A DNA stretch of 57,543 nt, the filler included, from Basidiobolus meristosporus CBS 931.73 (taxonomy: Eukaryota; Fungi; Basidiobolomycota): the NCBI GenBank assembly GCA_002104905.1. It is 3 parts of 3 records of this genome, joined end to end, with 100 filler letters (N's around TTAATTAATTAA, not from the genome) between each part and the next. Parts side by side here need not be neighbours in the genome. Positions count along the whole stretch, not along the records: positions 18,212 to 34,782 come from MCFE01001118.1; 2 more parts are not named here. One strand, given 5' to 3'. The position numbers were made by a program, and so were the translations under genes. The notes below the pieces were generated by a model that saw only the letters and a list, made by a program, of their open reading frames with translations, had not been told where the DNA came from and made no database searches. Shown in pieces: positions 19,549-33,459 of the stretch (position 1 is the stretch's first letter; each line of letters opens with the position of its first letter).

Positions 19549-21021
19549 GGCAAAGATACTTTTCTGTCTTTGTAACTATTGACCACAGCTGCATTCTTAT
19601 CAAGTCCCTGCTGGTGGAGTTTACAGTTGTTTTGACTTTGGAAGCTTTAGTACATTGTCATCTCAAAGGACACTGAACCCAGCACATACTTTTGTTAAGA
19701 CGCCAACTAAGTTGGGGATTGTAGCTCAATAGTTTTCCCTTGACAAGCTTGTGGCTTTATTCCCCTTCACATTAGATTAGAGACAGAACCCAAGTATTCC
19801 TAGCAAGCTTTTGCCAGAGGTTATTGCACCCAGTGAACACCCCACACACAAAACACTTGAGAAGTGTTGGACGTATCTCTCCCTTGGACCTATACACCAC
19901 CACAGCGGCAGGTGTGTGTGTTTGTAGAGGTTAGTAAGCAGGAGGCCATAGTTCTGATTGATTCAAACTATATGTGGAATACCCAAAGTAGTAGTGGGTA
20001 AGCAAATAAAGAGGGGTCATTCTATAGTGGAATATATATATAGAAAAAGGAAATGCCATTTGGTAAACTGGTATGGTAGCATTGTACAGAACTAGCTGTA
20101 GACCACAATGCTGCCATAATAATGCCAATAAAGGCTTGCAATGAGGCTGTCAAAACACCGTCAAGTATTTTGGCATATAAGGTAATTGGATGTACTGGCT
20201 GGTTAGATCCAGTTAAAATAGTTGTAGAGCGCATTAAGACTGCAACATTGCCACCCAATTATTGGTACAGCACCAATCAAACCCTGTCAAGTTTTTTAAC
20301 TTTATTGGGCAGTGAAATTAGCCAAACACCATTGTGATCCTGTCATAAAATTGTTGAGAGGGTCACTAATTCCAAGCTACTGGTATTATGACAGTCTTAA
20401 AACAGAATCTTGACGGCTGATTCAGATTGGATCCACCTGCAGGACCAAATTATTTTTCATAGGGAACTCTGTTGCCTTTTTAGCCCTACTCAGCCATATA
20501 CAAGACCAATATTAGACCAAAATTTCTCTGCTAATATTTCTGTCACTCTTGACAATTTGAGGACTCTGCACTTAGTTGTCACTTAGGTTCAGTTAACTCA
20601 TTCAAGTGCTTATTACACTTTTCTCTTGGATACACCAGGTAGCCAGAAGAGTGCCAGTAAGGGACATGTAGGCAGAAACAGATGCATCAGTGCAGCATTT
20701 ATCAAGGAGAAAACATAGTTGAATACAAGAAGCACTGAGTCATGGCAGCAGTTAAGGACTTGAAAGTAATAAACACCTGCAGCTTTCTCAGGTAAACAAA
20801 CATAGGAGGTGATTGAGTTTCTGGGATCATAAAATGAAAGAATTGGCAGAGGACTAATCAAAAGCCACTTATGCATTGTGTGATGAAAAATTTGACCAAG
20901 TTTTTTGTGAAATCTGGGGTGCAATTATTTTTCAATGGTCTTTGCATGGTGTCTAGACTGGATCAATACCTCTTAGTCATGGGATTTTAATTTTGCAATG
21001 GCCTTCTGACAGGATCATGAC

Positions 21022-21371
21022 TGTTGTAAGAATCTTGGAGATATTGGAAGTGATTGGGAGAACAAGTAGATTATGTGTTTTTCACTTAATGATTTATTGA
21101 ATGTAAAAGTAGTATTTATACTTTTACATGATCTTGGCATTACAAACAAGTAGAATAGGTTAAGGAAGGTCCCAAGAACATGTGTGCAAAGTTTGGGGCT
21201 GTTTGGGCAACTTTGAGAATTTTCATGTTCTGGGTACCTGGCATTTTGGTGAAAATATTCTAAGTAAATCTCAACAAGGAATTTGGTCAGTATTCTCTAG
21301 GATTTGAAGGTGATGATCTAAGTGACTAAGTTAGGTGAATATTTAGGTGGAATTACGAATTTTTTACAACA
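21022..21371 (-). mobile_element. Copia-type solo LTR (350 bp) with 5-bp TSD
   Basis: TGTTG...CAACA ends, ATGAC on both sides (21017-21021, 21372-21376); same family as the LTR after the copia RNase H remnant at 40940. Confidence 0.85.
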
Positions 21372-22914
21372 ATGACAATTATATCTCATAGGGAACATAA
21401 GTTAGTTTACCTATTAGAGAAGTGGCCTACCCCATAATTGGCTTGCTTCTTTGCACTTGGAGTAGTTCTAAAAGAAAATAAAGATTTCCTCTACTTGGTG
21501 ACTCTCCCTCTGCTGAAGAGTACTGGCCCCCTTTGTTTAGTGTGAGTCTTAACAAAAATAACTTCTCAAAGCATCTCCAAAGAAATAAATCCCTCTAATG
21601 TCTCCTACAAGTCTAGTTAGTCTAGCATCTTGAGAACACCAAACCTAGCCTGCCTAGCATACCTACCTCTGTCATTTTAGTAGCAAATCCTTGTTGCATT
21701 CCTCTGGGATATTAGTACAGATCCATTGCTGATATTGCCTCTATAACCCAACAGCTTTAAGACCCAGCACTTGACTGTTCATTATTCAGTATGCTTTAGT
21801 GCAAGAGCTTTATATTTTTTCTTGGACACAACATATTCTTCACCCATGACAATATCCTAAAGTCCTCTTTCCTGTAGCAGCATCTTCATCTTCACCTTCC
21901 AGACCAGGTAGTTAAATCCATCCAGCTTTTCAGCAGAAGACTGAATACAGTAATAGCGGTAGTAGACAATTCAGAGAGTAAGCGTAAGGTGGTTGATTTG
22001 AAAATAATGGACAGTGAAGTAGTCCAACCAACATATATAATGGCACCAAGCAGGGAAAAAGCAAATTGGGAATGTGGCATTGAAAGTGAGGGGACTAAGA
22101 TTCTACCAGTAAAATCACCATTTCAATGCACAATGCAATAAACATAAGAAACCATAATTGTGTGCTATGCATATGCATTAGTTAAACGATTATCAGTTCA
22201 CAAATACACAATCCACGGACTAACCCGAAGTTCCCGAAATTCCCAAAAATAGAACAATGTAGAGAAGAGAATGGATATAACTTTTATTACTATTATTAGG
22301 GCGACAATCTAACATCAAATAAGCACATTCAATCCGGAGTGAAGGCCGGGGCGGATCATCAGAGGGAGCGAAGGCTGGGGCGGATCATCGAAGGCCAGTG
22401 GGCCAGATTTAACAACTTGGTAATCAAGGCTAGATTCGACAAGGATTTGAAAATATGCCAAATAAGTCAAAGCAAACCATAACTGATCTTCGCCTCCCAT
22501 AACCATCATATTGTGCGTTTCATCAAGGAGGACGCGTTATCTTGACAAAAGGCGCAACGTCATCTCTAACAACTCCTCCATGATTTGCGAAACGATTGTT
22601 TTGCTGTGACCTGATCATATAATCAACAGCCAGAAGAGATCCTCACTTGCGGTTAACTCGGTCAGCTCTATTTAATTGGCCAAGTGGTTACACGATTTCC
22701 AGATATCTACTGGTCCTGTTGTTGTCAGCGAAGTTGAACCACTCTCTTACCCTTCTCCCACCCTGTGAAGTGCTTTTCAAAGCGTACTTGTTTAGTGCCA
22801 TTTGAGTGAAAGTCGTGGTTCCATTCACTGCTGTATTTGTTAAGAGGCATTCACAGCACACCTCCTTTCGATTCACCCAAGGCTCCATCCGGTTCCACCT
22901 AAACATAAAAAATC

Positions 22915-24270
22915 ATGAATTCTAAAACCATGTCCCAAGTATGCATCATAACACCCTTCAGTTTACAACTTCCATTTTTAACCATTCTTCCTTGCTAGTA
23001 TATTTTGCCAGCTCCGTGTAGCAAAGATGCCAACGGCTATACTGCCCTGAACGAGTATGAGTACAATGATCCTGGTAAGCCAACTCAATACACTCACTGG
23101 CTTCGCAGCTCCTAAACTGAGCCTCTTTTCGCTTAGATCATGTGCTTTCAGGTCTGGTAGAGCAAGTTAACAACATTCACGACATAAACCAACTTAAACA
23201 AATGGTGATAGAGAAAGAAAAGGAACTCCACCTGGCTGCCACAATAGGCTTCTCGATTGCCAAAAAAAATGAGGATTTGGAGCAGAAGATCCGAAACCAC
23301 CTACCGTGCAGCCACCTCATTTCCGATGAGTTGGAATTGGAAAAGCTGCTCTTGAGCAAATTGACCGAAACCCAGGAAATATCGCACAAACTTCATGAAA
23401 GCGAAGATACTGTTCGGACGCTCAGCAAGTCGAACCGAGATATGCACAGAGAACTGAATTCGCTGAAAGAGGATTTCCAGCAATTTCGCACAGAGATTGA
23501 TGGCATCATCGGGGAAATGGGCACCATGAAGCACCACATGAGTGATACCAAATCGAACTCCGCTGCGATCAACAAACGAATTGGTTCGTATTCCGGTCCA
23601 CCCCAACCTGCCTTCCCCTCTTGCTTATTTTCTTTGGCTAGATTACATTGAACAAGACTTGGAGCTGACCAAAGAAACGGTGGTCAATTTCCACGAGGAG
23701 GTCGGCCACGCCATGGATTATCAGCAACAACAGACCCAGGAGCTAAGCAACCGTTTGAAGATCGTGCAAGAGCAGATACTGAAGGTAGCCCTTCCTCACC
23801 AAGTAATCCCCGAGCATTGAACTAATCGTATCGTACACACGCAGGCACACGATGATTTCTCTACGAACATCATTTCTCTCGATGAGCGTCAATCGTATCT
23901 CGAGAACAAGATGTGCTCTCTGTTCGACGACTATAAGCTTCTTCTCGACGACGCGCAGAGCACCATCCACTCATTGAGTGAATCCAGACTGGAGTCGGCT
24001 TTACCAGATAGATGCGAAGAAGCACTGGTCTCTGTCGAGAGACATCGCGAGGCTCAAGAAACCCCCACGCGAGCTCGGACCAGCGCCAGCATGGCCACGC
24101 ACACTCCAGTTGCCTCCGCATCTAGGTTATCCATAGGAAGAAAATTCACCAGCCCTCTCGATGGACTCAAGAACTTGGTGGCTACAAAGGGTCTTGGTGA
24201 GGTCGCCCAAATCTCTACGGACGATTGCGAGGAAGCACCCGCAGTTTTGCATTCGTACACCGTACTGTAG
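22915..24270 (+). CDS. Coiled-coil protein with an AAxxG CC1-box-like motif, multi-exon
   Basis: ATG 22915 and introns 22939-22998 and ~23073-23136 join in frame to EKEKELHLAATIGFSIAKKNEDLEQ; long heptad segments; last exon ends at 24270. Confidence 0.7.
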
Positions 24271-24555
24271 AGACGGCCGAACAATGGATTTTAAGTGTAT
24301 TTAGAGCGGATCGCTAATAAATATTTCGTAATGATCTTTAACATAAACCACGCTTTGAACGGTACTACTCATTTATTTGAAGGCTGGAGTCAGTGTTGGG
24401 CATGTTATAGAAAGTGAATCTGGAAATGGCGTATGTTTGATGAAATTGCAGTGGAGTTTAACGAGCTTTAAAGAAATTGCATGGTTTTGGCGAGAAATTA
24501 GAGTAAGCTGAGGATTGACCTAAAAAGCTTAACAACTTCCTCGAACTCCTGTTCT

Positions 24556-25493
24556 TCATTCCTTCTTGGGGGTCTCGAGTTGCTTAGGCATATCATCACG
24601 TCCAGGGCCGGTCTGTTCCCAGGCAGAGCTGTAGTCGAAGTTACGATGGGCCTGAGCCATCTCCAAGGGCTCAGCGACAACTCTCTTGCGGTCTTCATCA
24701 TATCTAACCTCGACATAGCCGGTCAATGGGAAATCCTTTCTCAATGGATGTCCTTCGAAACCGTAGTCGGTCAAGATACGGCGAAGATCTGGGTGACCAG
24801 AGAAGTAGATACCGTACATATCCCACGCCTCTCTCTCGAACCAGTTAGCGCCGTTGAAAAGACCAACGGAAGATGGGACGGGGGTAACTTCATCGCAGTA
24901 GGTTTTCACTCTGATGCGAGAGTTGTAGCGCAAGCTGAGAAGATTGTATACGACTTCGAAACGGTTAGTGCGTCCTGGGTAATCAGCACCGCAAATGTCC
25001 ACAAGGGACTTGAACTGTGCGGAATCATGATCTCTAAGGAACTCCAACACTTCCAGCACGCTGGTTGGGGCCACGTGTAGGGTGAGTTCATCTTTATAAA
25101 CGGAGAATTGCTGGATATACTTGGGAAGGACACTCATCAGGTACTTTCCATATTCGTGAACTGAAGCATTATCAGACTTGAAGTTGGGATCAGCAGGGTT
25201 AGAAACCTTTTTGTCCTCTATTGTTTTGCAATTCAGGGAGAGATGTGGTACGTAAGTTCATTAAGATAAGCTGGTATATGCGATAAAAGTAAATGGACGG
25301 GTACCTTCGTTAAGGAAAGAAATAGAGTGGAAACCAGAGGCTCTGGGGAGAATGCTACGTGTAACTCTGACCCCTAAGGATAAGGAAAGGTTAGCGTGGA
25401 AGTTCACAGTGGCAACATCAGTGCAGATATACCTTGTGTTGCGAATGCTCTGCGAGCCAAAGGTCTGAAAGAAGCCAAAAGTCTAGTGTTCAT
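24556..25493 (-). CDS. NDUFS3: Complex I 30-kDa subunit (NDUFS3/Nad9/NuoC homologue), spliced, with mitochondrial presequence
   Basis: [37 protein letters not shown] signature; upstream exons [17 protein letters not shown]... joined by GT-AG introns. Confidence 0.97.
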
Positions 25494-25854
25494 TTTGTCC
25501 AAAAGACCAACCAGAAAGGGAGTATTTGAAAATGGCTTATTGTGTCTCTCTTGAATGCGAAATTCCTGTACCCAATGACTTCCTACTCACCCCAAAAAAA
25601 CCCCGGCGCTCCACATTGATTTCTGTTGGGTGTGGGGTATTCTCAACACTCATGCACCAGACTTAATCAACATTTGTTGGTTAGTTGAGAAGGCGGATTA
25701 GACTTGCACCAAACCACCCCCAATAAGATAAGCAGTAATGCAAATTGAAATCAACCATTAAAAATTTCTCCTGGAACGAGTCGATTTGTTTCTCGAAAAA
25801 CTTTTAGTCATTTCCTACATCAAGATGCGGGTTTGTCTGGATCGTTGTCACATC

Positions 25855-26314
25855 ATGTTGTTAAGCAAACTTTCTGTGAATACCGCTCGTAGCGGATTAG
25901 TTCAAAGAGTAGTATCTCAGGGTGCTGTAGGATATTCGGTCAGAGGATATGCTACCACTGACTCCACCGCCAAAAAATACCCTGACCCTGAGCGTTTCTA
26001 CCAAACCGTCATTTTGACCAATGGCGCTACCTTCAAGCTCCGTACCACTTCCCACGTCCCAAATCACCCTCTCCAAGGATACCAGAAGCCATCCACTTTG
26101 GAACCCACAGATCGAAACCACTCTTGACGATGATAGCGGTAAAATCTCCAAGTTCTCTAAGAAATTCGGAGAGCTTGATGACCTTGCCGACTTGGACTTC
26201 TTTGACCTCCCTGAAGGCACAACCAGCACCACCTTCTCTCGTCTAGCTACCCATGAGGAAACCCTTATTGCCGACAAGGCTAGAAGACACGGCGGTAACA
26301 AGAAGAAGAAATAA
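25855..26314 (+). CDS. MRPL36: Mitochondrial ribosomal protein bL31m, with an apparent homopolymer frameshift at 26051-26060
   Basis: VILTNGATFKLRTTS followed by ITLSKDTRSHPLWNP in another frame; one extra C in each of two C3 runs restores TTSPRPQITL. Confidence 0.85.
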
Positions 26315-26719
26315 GCGAATTCCAACTAACTGAGCCGGAACGCTTTCCATTTAGACAACACGCTTCAGCCTATAAGCTTTGTTAGCTCCATTCGCATTCA
26401 TTCAAGCAAAACACACCATATCTCATTAAATAAACCCGAGGTCGAAACCACTATTGCTTCACTCCACTAGACATTTCTTCCATTCGCACACATTTACCGT
26501 ACATACTCTCAATGCGCCTCATCCTCAAAATCACATGATCGGTTGATAGATTAACCAAGCATCCCGAAAGATCGCTCCAAAATCTGACAAAAAATACTCC
26601 TGAAGAGTAATACGACGTAAGGTTCTGCATGTTTCCCTCTAAAAGGTAACATAGAGAATAAACTATCAAGTGTGTTATTAGGAGGCTGGACATAGAATAT
26701 ACGAACACACGTTTCCACC

Positions 26720-29559
26720 ATGCCTTCACAAAAGCGACAATCCTTCCGAAATAGCGTAAACATATTCACCTCATTTAAGCCGTTTTCTTTCGGAGCTGAC
26801 AGAAACTCTGGCACTTCGAAGAAGAGCACCAGTGAAGAGAAACCAGGCCTTGAAAACTTGCCCGGAAGAATACTACTAGAGATATTGAATTACCTGCCTG
26901 TTTCCGATTTACTATCTATTTCATGTACAAGTGTCCGTTTGAGTAGCTTATTCTATGACGAGGAAATCTACCTGCGAAAATTACGCCTGATGGGGGTTGA
27001 AGGGAATTCTTGTGTGGCTGAAAAAACCGACGAATCAGAAACCAAAACTGAGTTGGTGAAGAAACCCCAGTTCTCAGCAAGAGAGGAATTTATCAAGCAA
27101 TACACTGAGCTTATTCGGTTCTATGTCGATTTTCGTAAAACCGGAGGCAGAGACTTCCTACTGTTTAATGACTCTCGAAGTATGGCAAACATCGGCTCTA
27201 TGCTTCAGCGGCTGATAAGGTTCTCCGATATACAGCCAGTAAGAGATGCTACGAAGGTATTGTTTTGTCCTTTACCAGCAATATTCTCTTCTCATTGGTG
27301 TATAGACTGAATAGAAAGCGTTACGTACTAGATACACATGACCTTGGAAGCGGTATATTATGGGTTTGAAAGTGCCATGCTTCGTCAATTTGAAGAAGCC
27401 TACGACGAAGACAATACTGAGGAGATGAAGGTACAATACGATCCATTAGCACTTTTCCCCGCACCAGCTCTTAATTTTTCCAAGAATTTGGCACAAGCGT
27501 TGATCAATCTGAATGGCGGGAACTCTTGCTTCCATGTATTCATTCACAAGTGCCCGTTGTTCTATGCGAGTCACCTTGATCCCAAGCAAAAGTAAGCTCA
27601 TTTGGGTCTTTAGTCTGCCAGAGTTCTAACGTTACACCTGGGTAGCTTCTACGACAGCCTTGATCAGACCCAACCAGTATCTACGGTCACATTTGAGCCT
27701 TTGGAGGAATTTGCGGACTATTTGTTCAAAGGGATGTCGAAAGAATACTCGAGAATACAGCAGGTGTTCCCCGAAGAATGCGGCGTGTTTGACAGATTGC
27801 TGGAAAGGGTGTTTCAAGATATAGTAAGTGAGCTTGCCAGGAGGATTGTTTGAACCAGAATTGAACTCTAGTACCTGTAGGTGCGGCCGTACATAGTCGA
27901 GCTCATAGACACGTCATACGAAATACACGCTCAGACTTATTTCCGAGCACTGATGAATTCATTTTACCACTGCACCGTGCTCTCTGAGGACATTGCGAAG
28001 GACACCTCTAGCCCAGCACAACGGAAAGCCCATCTGTTTTCCTTGTTTGAGCCGTTTATTGACGAGTACGTGGTTCGAGAAGCATCTCGACTAGAATCAC
28101 AATATGATACGTGGATTGGCATGTGGGGCTCAAAGGTACATCTATCAATCTCCGTACGGCGAGGCTTTTACTCAAACCACTCCTCCAGTTGGATGAACTT
28201 AGGATAGTTGACGAGCATGAAGCCCCGCAAAAAAAGTCGATGTTTCAGGGTGTGAATGTAGCCATCTTTAAAAGAAACTGGTTGAAGAAAACCACGAAAA
28301 CCCTATCCTCAGAGAGCGGAAATGCCGGAACGAAAAACCACCCGTTAGATAATTTCTCGCCTGACATGACGAGGCTATCGAGTCAAGAAGAAAGCGCTCC
28401 ATTCCAACTGAACGATCTACAGCTGCTGCTCTCAGTCGACCTTGCTCTGCAAATGATTAACATCAACAAAGAGGCGTTGCAGAGATGCGTTTGCTTTTCT
28501 GGAGCACCCGCCGACTCGCCAGTGAAAAAGGTGATACATGACTGTATTGAACGGATCTTCACCTTGTTGTTGAAGAAGCTTTGTGCCGGGAATATCGAAC
28601 CGGGCTTCGCGATAGCTACAGAGCGTCTGGGGGCATACAAAGCCGATTTCGACTCGGCCTTGGATTCGGTAGCACCAATCTTGGAGTTCTTCGAATTAGT
28701 CCACATCGGGGATCTGATATTGCAGATGGTTGATGTATACTACAAGCAAGAGGTGTGCCAATTCGTAGATCCGAACGATTTCCTCTCGGAGGCTGTCAAC
28801 GAGAAGCGACAATTCGAGAGGAAGCTAGATGACTGCGTGGCAGCCGGTCTCGACAAAAGTATCGAGGTAAGCATTCACAAGATGAGGGATCTATATCTTT
28901 GTGACCTGACCCTCCCTCAAGGCCTTGATGCAGCAGGCAGAGTTCATATTAAGATCAAAGCAAGTGCCGACGGAATTCCTACCCAACGACAAAGCCAACC
29001 CCGACCTAAAGCCCACCCAAGTAATTCTTACAACTTCGATCCCACCAATACCAGTCTTCTAACCGGAATTGCAGGCATGCACGGAAACCGTTAAATGCCT
29101 AACCACTCACACCAAGCTGGTGGTGGGTGGCATCGACAAGCAAACCCTCGATGTGTTCCTGGCCGAAATCGGGTATCGCTTTTTCGGACTCCTTGGGAAA
29201 CACATCAAGCGATTCACTATTAATGAGGCTGGCGGATTCCAGTTGATCAGGTGACTTCGTTTGCTGGCCAGTGACCACCGAAACGTACTAACCCCTCTCT
29301 TAGCGATCTCAACCTATATCACGAATGGGCTTGCTCTTCCCTGAGGGGTCAGCCAGAAGCGATCAGCTACTTCACTGCGCTCAAGGAGTTGGGCAACATA
29401 TACATCGTGTCCCCCGACCATCTTAGAGAGCTGCTGCATGACGCACGTCGGTACCAGGGAGTTCTTCGGATCGAAGATGTGTATGAGTTCGTGGCTCTCC
29501 GCTCAGACTACAGGAAGATCGCCAAGAAGGTTGAGATTGAAGACTGCATCGTTATGTAA
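26720..29559 (+). CDS. RCY1: F-box/Sec10-like recycling protein Rcy1, multi-exon, C-terminal CaaX
   Basis: N-terminal F-box LENLPGRILLEILNYLP; Sec10-like body (FFELVHIGDLILQMVDVYY, GGFQLISDL); ends CIVM*. Confidence 0.85.
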
Positions 29560-29638
29560 GCCCATCTTGCGTCATTGTGTAATATATCAATTCGAAAGCC
29601 AGTATATATAATTGAATAAAAGATGCTACTTTATTGAT

Positions 29639-30216
29639 CTAACTGCCTCTGTAGGTGGAGTAAGAGTAGGGACTCAAGAGAAGGGGAATATGGTAGTGCT
29701 CCTCAGGGTTGGTGATTTCGAAGGTGATCTATCAGATTGGTTAGCTACCAGCAAGAGGAGTCGGGAGTTATTGAAGGGATTTTTACCTTGACGTAAGGAT
29801 AGAAGCACTTCTTTCCTTGTCTTTCGTAGTATTCGGCGGTTTCGAAAGTGACCTGGTAGATTCCAGCCTTCAAGTCGTAGTCCAAAGCAAGGAGCTCGGG
29901 GCAGCGGCCGTCAGTGTTGGTGAGGCTAGACAGAAAACGGGCTCAGTACCAAAGGAAACGGCACGTCAGCCTTCAAAACGCACTTACCCTCCACCGATAA
30001 CTTGCCAGTGGATGTTCTCCAACTTCTCGATGGTCAACTTGACGTCCTGGGCAGGTCTGCCGACGGAAGAGTCGAGGACGTGAGCGGTGACTGGGCTTCT
30101 AGTACGCATAGCAGGCTGCAAGTATGTTAGAGTAGGTGCTTATGAGCAGTGGCTTCAACAGTAGGTACCTTCAGGTGAGAGGCTAAGGCTTGAAGTCTTT
30201 GGGTGGTGTTAGACAT
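29639..30216 (-). CDS. URAH: 5-hydroxyisourate hydrolase (transthyretin-like), 4 exons, N-terminal PTS2
   Basis: SPVTAHVLDSSVGRPA, TNTDGRC, FYPYV and HYHIPLLLSPYSYSTYRGS* signatures; exon 1 is MSNTTQRLQALASHLK. Confidence 0.95.
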
Positions 30217-30892
30217 CACTCTACTCTATCCGAACCACCGTATTCATCTTTTATAAAATCTATGCTTGCCGATTCGCATCTCATCAATTTTTGATAATCA
30301 AGGCGGTTTTTTTATCTAAGATGCTGGTGAAAATCGAAGTCACATGTGGGTACTCACTGATCAACATAAATAATACTATAATTCGTTGCCACCCATTATT
30401 TGCCCACAATTTGCCCACAATTTGCCCTTCATGCACTGCAAGAATTATCGCCGAAAAAACCATCGCCTTCTTCCGGATTGGAATTCGTCTGATTGATGTG
30501 CTACGCATACTCCATTCGTTAGGTGATCTCAAGATAGCACAGAATCGCCTCAACCTCTTGTACGCTTCAATGGTGAGCATAAAGCACTTCGGGTGCAATC
30601 ATTTGCAGTGTGCTCTATTAGTAGCGATATATATATATAGCCATGAGAATCAACCATCACCATTTGACCATTTGTATTGACGACACTGTTAGTATGGTAC
30701 TTTCCAATCAGCTACACTTGTGCTCCTTTACCACACGTTGTGGCTCTAGACTTGATCCACAGACAAGAGGTTGTATGGTTGGGAAATCTTTATAAAAAAG
30801 TGATATATAGAAATGAATGGTTTGGTACTCCAGCAGAATCTTTGGGTTGTTGCTATTTCTTTCTATTATGATCAAAAGGAAATGCGAAATGT

Positions 30893-31731
30893 TTATTGTT
30901 CTGTGTTGGGTGTGAATGCTTGCTCGGCCAATTGCTGCATTTGACGCCTAGGAGTTAGATTGAGGTTAGCTCGCACTTCTTGTGGTTGGGTATATCCATA
31001 TAGAAACTTACATCTCCTTCCTCTTTGCGTAAAGCGCTTCGGTTTCTGCCAATGCCTCGTCTTCCTTCTCGATAGCCCACTGTGTGGAGCTCTTCGCCAT
31101 ATCGGCACCAAAGTGCTGGGCTTGTTGCTTGGCAATCATGAGCTCGGCATCCTCTCGTGACTTTACCTTGTAGAATTCAGAAGTAGCTAACACATAGGCC
31201 TCGCGAGTAGTGTAGCCTTGTGACATAAGGTAAAGTTGATACTGAATAACACTGGCGGAATCGAGCAGAGTCAGTAACCAAGAATACACATGCCTCAGGC
31301 AGGAATGGAGGCTTACCTTTCACCGTTGACCTCTTGTGGCTTCTTGCCATCCTCTTGGACCAACTTGCTCCAATCGGAGCGGTTTTGTCCGTCGATTTCC
31401 ATCAACATGCGAGGACGTAAGAGTTCTTGAGGGTGGTCTTTGTAGAACTGACGTCTTAATTTATCTTCGGGATATTCAATCTTGGGTGGTTTAACTGTCT
31501 TATATCTCATCCATTTCTTAACTTTCTTAGCTGGCTTGTTTGCCGCCTTCTTCTCTTTCTCGAAGGGTAAGGTACCAGTGGTATCGAACTTGGAGACAGA
31601 GCGCACAATGCTTGGGCCAGGTGGGATTTTTCTGACGGCTGAGAGCCACGCGGGCTCTTCTCTAATGAGCTTTCCTTGAGCAGACGGGAAACAGTTTTGT
31701 GAACCTCGGTGGGGGCCTTCCTGAACGACAT
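30893..31731 (-). CDS. RSM25: Mitochondrial ribosomal protein mS23, spliced, apparent frameshift at 31674-31675
   Basis: EPAWLSAVRKIPPGP, IEYPEDKLRRQFYKDHPQEL and SVIQYQLYLM...EAY..A..EFY motifs. Confidence 0.85.
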
Positions 31732-32127
31732 GTTTACGAGGGAAATAGACTGGTGGAACTAACAGAAAGCGACCTTCTATGCTGTTGTCTAACTAAAACA
31801 CTAGCCCACTTCCAGGTCTTATTTTTGTCAGTAAAAGATGAGTTCAAATCACCATCCATAAAAATTTATCTATCCCCCATCCCTCATCCCCCACCTAAAC
31901 ACCGATTCCGCCTCAAGCAGGCAGATCCACAAAAGTGCAAAAATTTTCGCGGAGATGCGAGTGAAATCATGGAATTCATTTGTCTGGCTGATTCTTGGAT
32001 TTTGGGTTACCAACATTAATCCGACTTCTATCAAATAACAGATGGGGAAATATACAAAATTTGCTTTCTCTATTTACACGAAGACATTAGAAGCTAGGGT
32101 AGGTAAACGCGATAGATACAATGTGGA

Positions 32128-33459
32128 TCAAGGCAACCCATCTTCTGCCTCAGCAAGTGCGCAGTCAAAACAAAAGGCTTTGGTGCATTTCCCGTAGCCC
32201 TGACACTCGTTCGATGAAGTGGTCGCTTGGTCTTTTCCATTGCTTGGAATTGCTTGAGAGGTGGCTATAAGATTGACATTCTCGATATCGGAATAATCGA
32301 AGTATTCGTACACGACTGATTGCGACTCGTCATCTTGGCTCCCTTCTGTGAGGGCCTCTTCTCGCTCCCACAAGGTGGAAGCCTTGGCTGCCCGCTTAAT
32401 GCGGAGCAGTTCAGCAACCTTCGAGGAAACATAGCTTTCAGGTGATAGCTCCTCTAGGCTGCGGTCAAAATCAACGGCAAATGTATCGAGATGTTTCTGT
32501 GATTTTTTCTCCACCAATACTTCGATGGTACCTGGAGGATCTTCGGAAATAGCTCTTAGCCGCTTGGTCTCTCCATAATTCTGGGTGATTTCTTGAGTTT
32601 GTCTAATCTCCAGCTTTCTCTTTGTGGTGGTAGGTGTGTGAGGAGCAACAAGGGGCTCTGGTCTTTGAGCCGTTGAGGTGTATCTTGAAGGTGAGTTTGT
32701 TTCGTGAGACTGCAGACTAGAGAGGCTCAAGGATGTTCCGAGGGGTTTCTTGGACTCCTGCTGGATTTTGTTCGATAGTGGGCTATCCAAATTCTCCTTT
32801 GCTTTTTCACTTACAATATGCAAATCGGCTAAAGCAGCCGGATTCGAACCAGATGGTCCCATGGAGAAGTCTGCTTTGGAATAGCAGAGGTGGGTGGACG
32901 CGCTTCTTGGAGTTCAGGCAGAGACTTGGAGGTGTTATATAACGGATTCAGTGGTGAAGGCAAATGAGCGGTCTGTTGGTAGCCCATGGAAGGGTGGGGA
33001 TAAAAAGGGGGGAAATTACGCGATAACCGAGGCTTTTCCTGAGCCAACATGCTTTCGAAATCTTCTTCATCGTAAACATCCTTCTCTATACGCGGCTTTG
33101 TGGGGGTTTCTTTAGAGCTCTCGTCCTCAGTGCTGGAGGAGGTTGGTGGCTCCAGAAAGCTAATAATTTCTGTTGTGAAGGGGGACTTTCGTCTTTCGGT
33201 TTGAACAAGGAACCCAGTCTCTTCTGAGGCGTCTTCTTTAGAATCCCTTATCCTCTATCACCTCACCCGTACTGATATCCACTACATCGCTTTCATCGAA
33301 ATCTCTTCCATACTTCTGAAAGATTGAATCGAATGCAGACTTCAGGCGACACCGGTTAAGGTAGCGGAGCGCGTCAAGAGGAGGATCATTTAATTGATCC
33401 CCCATTTGCAATGATAAGTCAGCACGGTCTTCTTGCATGGTATTTCGAAAGACGTGCAC
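32128..33459 (-). CDS. SCM3: Scm3/HJURP-like CENP-A chaperone domain protein, several apparent frameshifts
   Basis: RLKSAFDSIFQKYGRDFDESDVVDISTGEVIEDKG Scm3-type motif; C-terminal CQGYGKCTKAFCFDC. Confidence 0.7.

Noticed and set aside
22315-22906. Possible spliced gene on the minus strand, divergent from the CC1-box gene
   Set aside because: CpG-rich and partly open, but I could not build a stop-free splice model or recognise a family.
30284-30871. ORFs of 64-129 aa on both strands
   Set aside because: No recognisable motifs, and they overlap on opposite strands in an intergenic or UTR region; probably spurious.
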